A DNA stretch of 64,000 nt from Candidatus Omnitrophota bacterium (GTDB lineage: Bacteria > Omnitrophota > Gorgyraeia > Zapsychrales > JANLHA01), in contig OY759724.1 of the NCBI GenBank assembly GCA_963662715.1, positions 2,266,662 through 2,330,661 on the forward strand, in the 5' to 3' direction. Within the stretch, counting starts at the first letter, position 1; every line of letters starts with the position of its first letter. Made by a program: the position numbers and the translations under genes. Below the pieces are notes generated by a model, which saw nothing but the letters and a program-made list of their open reading frames with translations, was not told the origin of the DNA and searched no databases. Positions 19,661-29,369 of the stretch are shown here, in pieces.

Positions 19661-20923
19661 ATGGAAAAGTTTATTATTGAGGGAAACAGGCCTTTAAAAG
19701 GCGAAGTCCGCATCAGCGGTTCAAAGAATGCGACTCTACCGGTGCTGGCGGCAACCTTGTTGACCGATGAACCCTGTGTGATCAAAAATGTCCCGTGTCT
19801 CAGGGACACCCTGACGATGATTAAGCTTTTGAAAAGTCTGGGGAAGGACGTCAGCTTTTCAAACAATATCTTGACGATCAAAACGGCGGAGCCGTGTCAG
19901 GGGTTTGCCGATTATGCTCTTGTTTCAACCATGCGGGGATCATTTTGTGTCTTGGGCCCGCTTCTCGCAAAACTTAAAGAAGCCAAAGTGTCCCTGCCGG
20001 GGGGATGTGTTATAGGAGTCAGGCCGGTTGACCTGCATCTGAAAGGGTTGAAGAGTCTGGGGGCTAAAATTGCCATTGAAAACGGTTATGTGTGTGCTCA
20101 AACCAAAGAGCTGCAGGGCCAGCATATTTATCTGGGAGGGGATTTCGGGCCGTCGGTTTTAGCCACGGCTAATGTTATGATGGCCGCGACTCTGGCCAAA
20201 GGCGAGACGGTTATCGCTTCGTCCGCCTGTGAACCGGAAATGGAAGATTTGGCCAACTGCCTTATAGCTATGGGGGCGGATATTACCGGTGTGGGATCCC
20301 CTCGTCTGACCATCAGAGGCGTCAATCAACTGCACGGCGTTGAATATGAAATTATTCCTGACCGCATTGAAGCCGGAACCTACATGCTTCTGGCGGCCGC
20401 GACCAAAGGCAACCTGAGACTCCTTAATGTTAATGCGAGTCATCTTTTGGCTCTGATTGATAAACTCACCGAAGTGGGGGTGAAGTTTAAGATAGAAGGG
20501 GACTCGGTCTGGATCAGAAGCACGACATCTTACGAGCCGACCTCTGTTACCACATATCCTTATCCGGGATTCCCGACAGATCTGCAGGCTCAGTTTATGA
20601 CCTTGATGGCTTTGACGCACGGGGTGAGTATCATTACGGACAAGGTTTTCCCTGACCGGTTTATTCACATCGCGGAATTAAACCGGATGGGGGCGAATAT
20701 CCGCCGGGACGGCAATACGGCTATTATCGAAGGCGTTAAAACCTTGTACGGGGCTCCGGTTATGGCGTCCGACTTGCGGGCTTCGGCCGCTTTGGTCATC
20801 GCGGGGCTGGCCGCTAAAGGGAAGACAGAAATTCACCGCATCTATCACCTGGACCGCGGATATGAAGACCTGGATCAGAAACTGTTGAATTTGGGAGCCA
20901 AAGTCTACCGCCAGCAGGATTAA
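19661..20923 (+). CDS. murA: UDP-N-acetylglucosamine 1-carboxyvinyltransferase.
   Basis: 'ISGSKNATLPVLAATLL', plus an EPSP-synthase-fold gene of the expected length (420 aa). Confidence 0.92.
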   Translation: MEKFIIEGNRPLKGEVRISGSKNATLPVLAATLLTDEPCVIKNVPCLRDTLTMIKLLKSLGKDVSFSNNILTIKTAEPCQGFADYALVSTMRGSFCVLGPLLAKLKEAKVSLPGGCVIGVRPVDLHLKGLKSLGAKIAIENGYVCAQTKELQGQHIYLGGDFGPSVLATANVMMAATLAKGETVIASSACEPEMEDLANCLIAMGADITGVGSPRLTIRGVNQLHGVEYEIIPDRIEAGTYMLLAAATKGNLRLLNVNASHLLALIDKLTEVGVKFKIEGDSVWIRSTTSYEPTSVTTYPYPGFPTDLQAQFMTLMALTHGVSIITDKVFPDRFIHIAELNRMGANIRRDGNTAIIEGVKTLYGAPVMASDLRASAALVIAGLAAKGKTEIHRIYHLDRGYEDLDQKLLNLGAKVYRQQD

Positions 20924-20942
20924 TCAAACAGGGGATTATCAG

Positions 20943-21515
20943 ATGGTTTTAGTGATCGACAATTACGATTCCTTTACATATAACCTTGTACAGTATCTGG
21001 GGGCTTTAAAGACAAAGCTGGCCGTTCATCGGAATGATGCGTTGACGCTTGCCAGGATCAAAAAGATGAAACCGGAGAAGATCGTGATTTCTCCGGGACC
21101 TGGCCGGCCGGAAGATGCCGGTATTTCTGTTGATGTCATTAAAGAATTCGCGGAGCAGATCCCGATTTTAGGTGTTTGTCTGGGGCATCAGGCGATCGGT
21201 TATGCCTACGGGGGAAAGATTATCCGGGCGAAAAGCCTGATGCACGGAAAGACCTCAAGTATTACGCACAACGGGGAAGGGCTATTCAGAGATGTGGAAA
21301 ACCCTTTTGAGGCGACACGTTATCATTCTCTCGTTATTGATCCAAAATCATTCCCTGCTTGCCTGGAGATTACGGCCTGGTCTAAAGACCGGGACAAGGA
21401 AATCATGGCCTTGCGGCATAAGAAATTCCCGTTATGGGGCGTTCAGTTTCATCCGGAATCGATTTTGACCCAGTCCGGGAAACAAATATTAGCCAATTTC
21501 TTGAAAATCAAATGA
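20943..21515 (+). CDS. trpG: Anthranilate synthase component II / PABA-synthase-type glutamine amidotransferase.
   Basis: 'MVLVIDNYDSFTYNLVQYLG', the 'GVCLGHQAIG' catalytic Cys, and 'HPES'. Confidence 0.9.
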   Translation: MVLVIDNYDSFTYNLVQYLGALKTKLAVHRNDALTLARIKKMKPEKIVISPGPGRPEDAGISVDVIKEFAEQIPILGVCLGHQAIGYAYGGKIIRAKSLMHGKTSSITHNGEGLFRDVENPFEATRYHSLVIDPKSFPACLEITAWSKDRDKEIMALRHKKFPLWGVQFHPESILTQSGKQILANFLKIK

Positions 21516-22522
21516 AAGAATATATTGAAAAAATCCGCAGGAACGAAAATCTGAGCAGCCGGGAAATTGAAGCCGTCATGGGCCGTATTATGTCGGGAGA
21601 AGCTCCGGACAATCTGGTGGCGGATCTGCTCCTGGCCCTGAATCTGAAAGGCCCTACCATTGATGAAATCACCGGGGCGGCCCGTCTGCTGCAGAAGTTT
21701 TATCTGCCGGTCAAAACAAAACATCCTTTAGTCCTGGATACCTGCGGCACGGGAGGAGATAAAAAGAATACTTTTAACATCTCTACGATTACGGCTTTTG
21801 TCGTTGCCGGGGCGGGGGTTATCGTTGCGAAACACGGCAACCGTTCGGTTTCCAGTAAATGCGGGAGTGCCGATATCCTGGAAGCTTTGGGGGTCAACCT
21901 GGACGTTCAGCATGACCGGTTAGGGACATGTCTGGATGAGGTCGGAATCGCCTTCCTGTTTGCTCAGAAACTGCACCCGGCCATGAAGAACGTGGCGTCC
22001 GTTCGTAAAACGTTGGGGGTTGAGACGATTTTTAATATTTTAGGGCCGCTTATCAACCCTGCCCGGGCGACGCATCAGCTTATGGGGGTCTATTCCCGGG
22101 ACCTTGTTGAACCGCTTGCCAATGTCCTGAGAAATTTAGGTTTAAAAAAGGCGCTGGTGGTTCATGGCCATGACGGTCTGGATGAAGTTTCGACGACGGG
22201 ACAGACCTTTGTCGCGGAGTGGAACGGCCGGGACATCCTGTCCTATGATATCTCTCCCGAAGATTTCGGGATACCCTTATCCAAAGATGAGGATTTAAAA
22301 GGAGGCGACCTTAAGACGAATCTGTTTATTGCTAAAGAAATTCTGGATGGGGTGGGCGGTCCCAGACGGGATGTCGTTGTCTTTAATGCCGCCTATGCTC
22401 TCTATGCGGCGGAGAAAGTCCAAGATATTTCCGAAGGAATTGCTTTAGCTGCGGAATCATTGGATTCCAGGAAAGCCAAGGCTAAATTAGAGACCTTGAT
22501 CGAGTTTACGCAGAAACCGTGA
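21512..22522 (+). CDS. trpD: Anthranilate phosphoribosyltransferase.
   Basis: Start at the ATG at 21512, overlapping the trpG stop as ATGA. 'DTCGTGGDKKNTFNISTITAFVVAGAGVIVAKHGNRSVSS'. Confidence 0.9.
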   Translation: MKEYIEKIRRNENLSSREIEAVMGRIMSGEAPDNLVADLLLALNLKGPTIDEITGAARLLQKFYLPVKTKHPLVLDTCGTGGDKKNTFNISTITAFVVAGAGVIVAKHGNRSVSSKCGSADILEALGVNLDVQHDRLGTCLDEVGIAFLFAQKLHPAMKNVASVRKTLGVETIFNILGPLINPARATHQLMGVYSRDLVEPLANVLRNLGLKKALVVHGHDGLDEVSTTGQTFVAEWNGRDILSYDISPEDFGIPLSKDEDLKGGDLKTNLFIAKEILDGVGGPRRDVVVFNAAYALYAAEKVQDISEGIALAAESLDSRKAKAKLETLIEFTQKP

Positions 22523-22567
22523 GTGTGCCCCGGAAGGTATTTCCCGGGAAGGGTGAAGGGCTAAAGA

Positions 22568-23356
22568 TTGAATGATTTTTTAGAAAAAATTGTCTTACAT
22601 AAAAGAAGTCTTCTGCGGCGCAAGAAGGCTTTTTTTGATGTTTTAAAAGCCAATGTCGGTTCTGCGAAGATGAACCGCTACGGATTATTTAAAGAACGGA
22701 TTGCCCGGCCCGGACAAATCAACCTCATCGCCGAGATTAAGAAAGCATCGCCGTCCCAGGGGCTGATTCGTACGGATTTTAATGTCACTGAACTGGCGCG
22801 TATTTATGCGGCCCAGGGGGCTGCCGCCATTTCCGTGTTAACGGAAGATAAATATTTTCTGGGTCACCCCCGGTATGTGCGTCTTGTCAGTGAAAATTTT
22901 CCTGTCCCGGTCCTGACGAAAGATTTTATTATTGATGACGTGCAGATTTACGAGGCATTTTTAAGCGGTACCAGCGCAATATTGCTGATTGTTGCCATAT
23001 TGGAGGATGACCAGCTGGTGCGTCTCCAGAATGTGGCCGTGGAACTTGACCTGGATTGTTTGGTCGAAGTTCACAATCAGCAGGAGCTGGACAGGGCCCT
23101 GCAGGCCGGTGCCCAGATTGTCGGAATCAATCATCGCGACCTGCATACGTTTGAAGTTGATCTGGGCGTCAGCCGGGAACTGGTGCCTCAAATTCCCGAT
23201 CACTGTGTCATTGTGGCCGAGAGCGGTGTCCGGACACATGAACATATCAAGATGCTGGAAGCTCTCGGTGTTCACGCTGTTTTGATCGGGGAGACCTTTA
23301 TGCGGGCGGATGATGTCGGCGCCAAAATCAGGGAGGTTATGACAGGGGCAGCATGA
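22568..23356 (+). CDS. trpC: Indole-3-glycerol-phosphate synthase.
   Basis: 'LIAEIKKASPSQGLIR' and a C-terminal 'LIGETFM' region. Confidence 0.9.
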   Translation: MNDFLEKIVLHKRSLLRRKKAFFDVLKANVGSAKMNRYGLFKERIARPGQINLIAEIKKASPSQGLIRTDFNVTELARIYAAQGAAAISVLTEDKYFLGHPRYVRLVSENFPVPVLTKDFIIDDVQIYEAFLSGTSAILLIVAILEDDQLVRLQNVAVELDLDCLVEVHNQQELDRALQAGAQIVGINHRDLHTFEVDLGVSRELVPQIPDHCVIVAESGVRTHEHIKMLEALGVHAVLIGETFMRADDVGAKIREVMTGAA

Positions 23357-23420
23357 TATCCTCCTGCGGTGCTCAAAGTCGAGGGGGGGAAGGGTTATAA
23401 TTTCAGAGGGGAGAGATAAG

Positions 23421-24041
23421 ATGGTCCGAATTAAAATTTGTGGCATGACGAATTCAAAAGATGCCCTCCAGGCCGCTTCTTGCGGGGCCTGGGCCGTGGG
23501 TTTTATTTTTTACAAGAAAAGTCCCCGCTGCGTCGGAGCTTTTAAAGCGCAGAGAATTATTGATCAACTGCCGCCTTTTGTGACGCCTGTGGGGGTTTTC
23601 GTAAATCAGAAAGAGGGGGCGGTTAAAGAGATCGCCCAATTTTGCGGAATTAAAACCCTGCAGTTCCACGGGGACGAAACGCCTGAATACTGCCGAAGGT
23701 TCAAGAAGGGATATAAAATTATTAAGGCCGTCCGGCTCGGAAATCAAATAGACTTGGATAACCTGAAAAAATATTCCGTTGACGCTCTTTTGTTTGATAC
23801 TTACCAGGAAAAGACCTACGGAGGAACAGGCCAGACTTTCCCTTGGCGGTTAGCTAAGAAAGCCAAAGTTCTGGGTCTGCCGATTATTTTGTCCGGTGGG
23901 CTTGCCCCCCAGAATATCAGAGAAGCCATCGAAGACGTCAAGCCTTATGCGGTCGATGTCTGCAGCGGTGTCGAAAAAAGCCCTGGTCAGAAAAATAAAC
24001 ACGCCTTACAGGAATTTATTGATTTGGTCAAGCTGGCATAA
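23421..24041 (+). CDS. trpF: Phosphoribosylanthranilate isomerase.
   Basis: 'VRIKICGMTNSKDALQAASCGAWAVGFIF' and 'LLFDTYQEKTYGGTGQTF'. Confidence 0.88.
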   Translation: MVRIKICGMTNSKDALQAASCGAWAVGFIFYKKSPRCVGAFKAQRIIDQLPPFVTPVGVFVNQKEGAVKEIAQFCGIKTLQFHGDETPEYCRRFKKGYKIIKAVRLGNQIDLDNLKKYSVDALLFDTYQEKTYGGTGQTFPWRLAKKAKVLGLPIILSGGLAPQNIREAIEDVKPYAVDVCSGVEKSPGQKNKHALQEFIDLVKLA

Positions 24042-24074
24042 CGGACTGACGCTTAAAATTCATCCGTAAAAAAG

Positions 24075-24305
24075 CTATTTAATATAAACTCTAGCCAGTA
24101 AAGAACAGGCTAATATTTTAATAAAGCCATCCTTTTGTTTTAGGGCTTCACAGATTTTAATAGCTTCTGTCTTCGTGTAGTCGCTTTTATCCGGTAATCC
24201 CAAGGAATCAATAATTTCTTTAATAAGTTTTTGGGCGCCTTCAATCCCGATGCCTTGAGCATAGGCATTTACGAGTTCATTTTTTGTTAATGTCGGTTCA
24301 TTCAT
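24075..24305 (-). CDS. Small hypothetical protein (76 aa), co-oriented and immediately downstream of the FIST gene.
   Basis: An ORF with no recognisable motifs; the gap to the FIST gene is 21 nt. Confidence 0.4.
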   Translation of the reverse strand: MNEPTLTKNELVNAYAQGIGIEGAQKLIKEIIDSLGLPDKSDYTKTEAIKICEALKQKDGFIKILACSLLARVYIK

Positions 24306-24326
24306 AAATAGATCTCCGGGACCGAA

Positions 24327-25517
24327 TTATTCAGGTATTAATAACACAACGGTCGTAGTATTGTGAAAGCCGCTTAATTGTCCGGGTATTAAGCCGATTT
24401 CCCCGTAAGTTTCAAACCCTATGATGGGAACGTCGCCAATAACGTTTTTGACGGCTTTCACCCCTTCAAAGAAATCCTCTCCCAGAATCAAAGAACGGCA
24501 GACACAGTCAAAAACAAAAGCCCCGGCCAATTTTGCTCCTCCGCTGGATTTTAGCGCCAGTTCAGCGGCTATCTTGGCTGACTGAATCTGGTCCTCTTTC
24601 GGGCTTTTGCAGATCCTCAGCACAGATCCTTCAATCATCGTGCAGGCAAAATTAAGCGATCCGTCTTCATTGATTGATAAAGGCACGCGTATTTTGTAGT
24701 CGCTGCCGGTTTCTAGGCCTGCTTCAAAACGAATAAGAAACGCGCCAATGTCTTCAGCCGTTTTGAGTTGATCGACATCAACGCCGATTTTTTTCGCTTC
24801 TTCTTTCACGGATTCTTTCCAGACATCAAAAGCTTTTCTCCCGTCGACTTCATAAACCACGTTCCCTTTGGCCTTTGTAATGGTCAGCGGTTCAGAGACC
24901 GGAGAGTGCCCGTGTTTGACTCCGATAGCGACAGGAGTTTTGGACGACACCATACAGACCGTCAGGGCATCGGTCACCGCTTGCTGATTGAGAAAGACTT
25001 TGGTCTCCTTGAATTGCAGGTCATCCCCGGCAGCACCCCCGCTTAACGTGACATCCGCTCCCAGTTCCGATAAGGCCGCCAGAGAAGCTTCTTCGCCGTT
25101 GCCGGCGAGCCCGTCAACATGAAGAATGGCCGATTTGTGGGGGAAGTCATCCGCTGCTTCCGAAAAAGAGGCTTTGGCTTTGCGGATAGCTTCAAGTTGG
25201 TCTTCCTTGAGCCCGGTTCCAAGTCCAGCCGAAAATTTATGCGTATCAGAAGAAATCAGGCCGCAGACAATGCTTTCTTTGTCAGCTTTGGCTTCATTGA
25301 ATTCTCCCGCCGAAGAACTTCCGATCAGGAGAGCATCTCCGACGACTTCTTTGACCCCTTTTAACACATTGTTATAGTTGTATTTGCTGGAAGCATAAAC
25401 AACAGCTAAATCAATTTTGTCTGTCCCCAATTTGTCCAAGGCTTGCTGAGCGACTTGTTTACCGACCGTATAGCTTTCTTCCCCTTTTGCGATCGCAGTA
25501 GAAAATTTGGTGCCCAT
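24327..25517 (-). CDS. FIST-domain sensor protein (FIST N + C), stand-alone with no output domain.
   Basis: 'DLAVVYASSKYNYNNVLKGVKEVVG...LIGSSSAGEF', the FIST_N pattern. The C-terminal half has the FIST_C-like 'GFETYGEIGLIP'. Confidence 0.7.
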   Translation of the reverse strand: MGTKFSTAIAKGEESYTVGKQVAQQALDKLGTDKIDLAVVYASSKYNYNNVLKGVKEVVGDALLIGSSSAGEFNEAKADKESIVCGLISSDTHKFSAGLGTGLKEDQLEAIRKAKASFSEAADDFPHKSAILHVDGLAGNGEEASLAALSELGADVTLSGGAAGDDLQFKETKVFLNQQAVTDALTVCMVSSKTPVAIGVKHGHSPVSEPLTITKAKGNVVYEVDGRKAFDVWKESVKEEAKKIGVDVDQLKTAEDIGAFLIRFEAGLETGSDYKIRVPLSINEDGSLNFACTMIEGSVLRICKSPKEDQIQSAKIAAELALKSSGGAKLAGAFVFDCVCRSLILGEDFFEGVKAVKNVIGDVPIIGFETYGEIGLIPGQLSGFHNTTTVVLLIPE

Positions 25518-25873
25518 GTAGTTCTCCTTGTAATAATTTGAAAATAAACGGATATCCTTCCTTTATTTTAGTAGATTCCTTTAAAAATAAAATATTTAAT
25601 TGAATTATTTCTCGCGAATCCCGGGAGGGGGGAGGACGTTTTCTGCCAGCGGGAAGGATATGTTCCAAGGCCTGCCTGAAATTGAAAGAATTTAATATTT
25701 GCGATAGTTCTTCAGAAAATGAGTTGCTATTCTTATTCTCGAATGATTTAATAAACATTTAAGTCTTTGCCTGCCCAGAATGCGCATGCCGTATTTAAAC
25801 ATAAGTTTCGGCTTGTCCCGTCATGATTGCATGAGGAGATGAGACGGCCGTCTTTATGAGGAGATGAACAAAA

Positions 25874-27376
25874 ATGAGTTCTTTTAACGTTATATGCCAG
25901 CGAGTTGACAGTTTCTTGAGAGATAAGACTTGTCATAAACTCATTATCCTTGCAGGGATATTTTTCCGTTTGACCCAATATTTTTATAACCGCTCCTTAT
26001 GGTTTGACGAAGCTTATGTCGCCAATAAGCTCATAAAATTTTCTCTTTCAGAATTAATCCAGGGGCCTTTCCCGGAGAAATCCTTGGCTTACCCTTTTGG
26101 CTTTTCCTTTATAGAAAAAATAATGGTTGTTTTGTTCGGGAGCCACGAATATGTTTTTCGTTTTTTTCCTTTGTTTTACGGGGTGATATCCCTGATCCTT
26201 TTTTATGCCCTTATTATCCACGTCCTATCTCCCAGAGCCAGATTTGTTGCCTTATGCCTGTTTGCTTTTTCCCCTTCATTAATTCTGTATTCGACAGAGT
26301 TGAAACCTTATTCGGGGGATGTCGCCTTTGTGTTAATGTTTATGGTGGCTATAAAATGGTTCCTTGATAACAAATTAACAAAACGATCGGTGTCGTTCGT
26401 GAGCCTTTTAGGCGGTATTCTCATATGGTTCTCTCATCCCATAATATTTGTTTTGGCGGGGGCAGGGATAGTTCTGTCCATTATTAAAATAAAAGAGAGG
26501 AAGGAGCCGTTGTGGCGTCCTTTGGCCTTTGTCCTTTTTTCCTGGATGTCCAGTTTTGCCCTGAATTATTTCTTTGTCCTGAGGGTTTTCTCCCGGGGGG
26601 AGTATCTTACGGATTATTGGGCGAAGTTTTTTTTGCCCGTGTTTCCGGTAAAACTGGTCAACCTGATTTTTCATTACACCATTTTTCTTGATGTGTTCCG
26701 TTATCCGGTCAGCGCGAAATTCCCCTTTTTGTGTAGTATTTTATTTCTTGCCGGTTGTGTGAAAATGTTTTACCGTGAACGGCGGGACTTTTTCCTTCTC
26801 ATCAGCCCTATCGTGATCACTCTATTGGCATCGGTTCTGCACATATATCCTTTCTTTGAACGTTTAATATTGTTCCTTGTCCCTTTTTATATCCTCTTTG
26901 TTGCGGAAGGGGCTGACGGTGTTATCGAAAGAATTAAATATAAAAATATTTGCCCTCTGCTCATGTTGCTCTTTGTCCTGCCGGCATTTTTTACCGAATG
27001 TTCACGTGTGGGAGACCCTTCTTTTTATCGTTATGAGGAAAGCCGAGAGGTGGTCCGGTATATGGTGGAACATAAACAAGCGGGGGATTATTTTATTTTG
27101 CCGGATAAATCCCAAGCGGCTTTTCGATTTTATTCTGGCCGAATGAATTTCGTCCCGTCCGCCAGCGGCATTAAGGTGTTGTCCTGCACGCATGAACTGC
27201 AATCCGTAATTAAGTCTGTATCCGGCAGAGACCGCTTCTGGTTGTTTTTGGCCCATGTGGGCAAAAAGGATAAAGAATTTATGCTGGAGATGATGCATCA
27301 TCATGCCGAACTTGTTGATTCCTTTTTTCAGTCGGGTGCCCGAGCTTACCTTTTTCAGATAGAACCCGATCCGTAA
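25874..27376 (+). CDS. Polytopic membrane protein, putative GT-C-fold glycosyltransferase (ArnT/PMT-like).
   Basis: About 12 hydrophobic segments, and an N-terminal region like the first extracytoplasmic loop of GT39/83 ('NRSLWFDEAYVANK'). Confidence 0.55.
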   Translation: MSSFNVICQRVDSFLRDKTCHKLIILAGIFFRLTQYFYNRSLWFDEAYVANKLIKFSLSELIQGPFPEKSLAYPFGFSFIEKIMVVLFGSHEYVFRFFPLFYGVISLILFYALIIHVLSPRARFVALCLFAFSPSLILYSTELKPYSGDVAFVLMFMVAIKWFLDNKLTKRSVSFVSLLGGILIWFSHPIIFVLAGAGIVLSIIKIKERKEPLWRPLAFVLFSWMSSFALNYFFVLRVFSRGEYLTDYWAKFFLPVFPVKLVNLIFHYTIFLDVFRYPVSAKFPFLCSILFLAGCVKMFYRERRDFFLLISPIVITLLASVLHIYPFFERLILFLVPFYILFVAEGADGVIERIKYKNICPLLMLLFVLPAFFTECSRVGDPSFYRYEESREVVRYMVEHKQAGDYFILPDKSQAAFRFYSGRMNFVPSASGIKVLSCTHELQSVIKSVSGRDRFWLFLAHVGKKDKEFMLEMMHHHAELVDSFFQSGARAYLFQIEPDP

Positions 27377-27454
27377 TATTATCTGAGCGTTACGAATCAG
27401 CAGGTTTGAGAGTGCCCCGGCGTCTTGTCTCGGCCGGCATTATATGTTATATTT

Positions 27455-27698
27455 CAAGTAAGCCGATAAAGGTAAACTTGAGGAAACTCGAGGACACAAA
27501 ACTCCAGACCTAAGTTATTCGAGAACCGGGAGGGCCCTGAAGTTCGGGGCAGGCGTAGACGGTGTGTGGTTATTAGGATGATAAGGTGGCTGAGTTGCCG
27601 TGAGCTGGTTGTGGGGTTAACATCCCGTCTTTATCGGCTTGTTTTCTTTAATACCAACCCTTATTGTTAAAACTCCGTTAACAGTAAGGGTTTTTTTT
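27455..27698 (+). ncRNA. Candidate structured small RNA of about 240 nt, class unknown. It has a 12-bp long-range closing helix and ends in a canonical intrinsic terminator.
   Basis: 27460-27471 'aagccgataaag' pairs perfectly with 27628-27639 'ctttatcggctt'. An inner helix pairs 'ggatg' (27556) with 'catcc' (27621). The terminator at 27658-27698 has a 12/13-bp stem followed by T8. Confidence 0.3.
27658..27698 (+). terminator. Rho-independent terminator.
   Basis: 'cccttattgttaa-aactccg-ttaacagtaaggg' followed by 'tttttttt'. Confidence 0.75.
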
Positions 27699-27921
27699 AT
27701 CCCGGATCCGCAAGGATTGAAGACGTCCGGGCATCAAAGGCGTGCTCTCGCTTCCATGGCAAACCCGTTGAATAACTTTGAGATAAGCCGTTTTTACGGG
27801 CGCCTGTCCTGTCCTCTGCCCGGCACCCGGACGCCATCACGGAGCAAAGACAAGACTTTTTCGTCCAATCGTTAATGAAATCCTATCATATATAAAAAAA
27901 TATGTTATAATATCACCTCAA

Positions 27922-28227
27922 ATGAGCCAACAAAAACTAATACGAGTTTATCAAGATCTCGATTTGAAAGATATAAAAGAGCATCTGCTTATTTACGGGG
28001 ACTTGTCCGGGGCCTGCGCTAACTGCCAAACTGTTGATATCAAATTGAACCAGGCCAAGTGTCCCGATTGCCAAACGGAATTCAAGTATATTGCCTTCCG
28101 AAACATTAAGAATCATTATCCTAAAGTCCATCATATAAAGACAGAGCGCCCGGATATCCTGATTGTTGATCATGATGACTACAAGCGTATGATGGGAGCT
28201 TTGAAAGCCGAGGAGTTTTTGAAATGA
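27922..28227 (+). CDS. Small zinc-ribbon protein (CxxC...CxxC), translationally coupled to the M20 peptidase gene.
   Basis: 'CANCQTV...CPDCQTEF'. Its stop overlaps the next gene's start as ATGA. Confidence 0.6.
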   Translation: MSQQKLIRVYQDLDLKDIKEHLLIYGDLSGACANCQTVDIKLNQAKCPDCQTEFKYIAFRNIKNHYPKVHHIKTERPDILIVDHDDYKRMMGALKAEEFLK

Positions 28228-29369
28228 TTCATAAGGACCGGTTGGTCACGTTAACTCAAAAGGTCATAAGCATTAATTCTGAAAATCCCCCTGGGCGGGA
28301 ACAAAAGTTGGCCAAATTTATCGCCCAGGATATGAAATCATTGGGCCTGCAGGTTAAATGTGTGTCTTTTGCCTCCAAACGGCCTAACATCATTGCGACT
28401 TTGAAGGGAACCTGGCCGAGAAAAAAGGCCCGGCAGAAAGCCCTGCTTATCACGCCGCATTTTGATACGGTGCCTATCGGCCAGGGATGGACGCAGGATC
28501 CGCTGGGGGGGCGCATTATCCGTGGCCGGATTTATGGCCGGGGAGCCACGGACGATAAAGGGAACTTGGCGTGCTGTATGGAAGTCATGCGCAGTCTGGT
28601 CGAGGACCGTGTTAAGCTGAACCGGGATCTGGTCATGGCGGCAACGGTTGACGAAGAAACGGGCAGCCATCAGGGTATCGTGCCGCTGCTGGACAAGAAG
28701 ATCCTTCAGCCGCATACGGCCGTGATCCTGGATTCTGATGACTTTAACACCATTATTGCTCAGAAGGGGTTGTTGCATTGCCGGGTGCAGATTTTCGGGA
28801 AAAAGGCGCACGGGGCGTATAACTGGCAGGGAATCAATGCGATCGAGGTCGCCGCCAGAATTATTGTTAAGTTGAAAAAACACAAATTCAAATTTTCCAA
28901 GCATGTTCTGCTTCAGCCCCCGACTGTGAATGTCGGAACGATCAGGGGCGGGGATAAAGTCAATATGGTCGCCGATCATTGTGAGTTGAGCCTGGATGTC
29001 CGTTTCCTCCCGGGCATGAAAAGCGCCGTGTTGTTGCAAGATATAAGGCACATGATACAGACGGAAACGAAACGGTTTAAAATTGTCGTGGACGACCTTC
29101 AGCAGCCCTATGAAATTGATGCCGCGCATCCTCTGGTAGATACGTATGTGCAGACCGCCCGTTCTTTGGGCATCCGCACGTCCCTTAAGGGCAGTGAAGG
29201 AGCCACCGTGATTACGTTTTTTAAGAAACATAACATTCCGGCTTTCGCAACAGGGTACGGAGCTCAGGGGACAGCGCACACAACGGATGAGTACGCCAGA
29301 GTATCCACCCTCCATAAAGGGGCCCGCCTGCTGGAAAAATTTATAAAGGACTTTGACCAGAAATTATGA
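28224..29369 (+). CDS. M20-family metallopeptidase (ArgE/DapE-like deacylase).
   Basis: 'ITPHFDTVPIG', 'GRGATDDKGNLA' (metal-binding Asp) and 'DEETGS', the M20 signature triad. Confidence 0.85.
   Translation: MIHKDRLVTLTQKVISINSENPPGREQKLAKFIAQDMKSLGLQVKCVSFASKRPNIIATLKGTWPRKKARQKALLITPHFDTVPIGQGWTQDPLGGRIIRGRIYGRGATDDKGNLACCMEVMRSLVEDRVKLNRDLVMAATVDEETGSHQGIVPLLDKKILQPHTAVILDSDDFNTIIAQKGLLHCRVQIFGKKAHGAYNWQGINAIEVAARIIVKLKKHKFKFSKHVLLQPPTVNVGTIRGGDKVNMVADHCELSLDVRFLPGMKSAVLLQDIRHMIQTETKRFKIVVDDLQQPYEIDAAHPLVDTYVQTARSLGIRTSLKGSEGATVITFFKKHNIPAFATGYGAQGTAHTTDEYARVSTLHKGARLLEKFIKDFDQKL

Noticed and set aside
27639-27875. A 78-aa ORF in the intergenic gap.
   Set aside because: It overlaps the intrinsic terminator and the putative sRNA, has no RBS, and has a low-complexity, non-protein-like sequence.
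27377-27921. Assigning the candidate sRNA to RNase P RNA, tmRNA or SRP RNA.
   Set aside because: There are short resemblances ('GTCCGGGC', 'AGAACCGGG'), but they occur in the wrong order and context for the RNase P P4 helix. No tmRNA tag-reading frame or acceptor/T-arm was seen, and no SRP domain-IV motif. The class is left unassigned.
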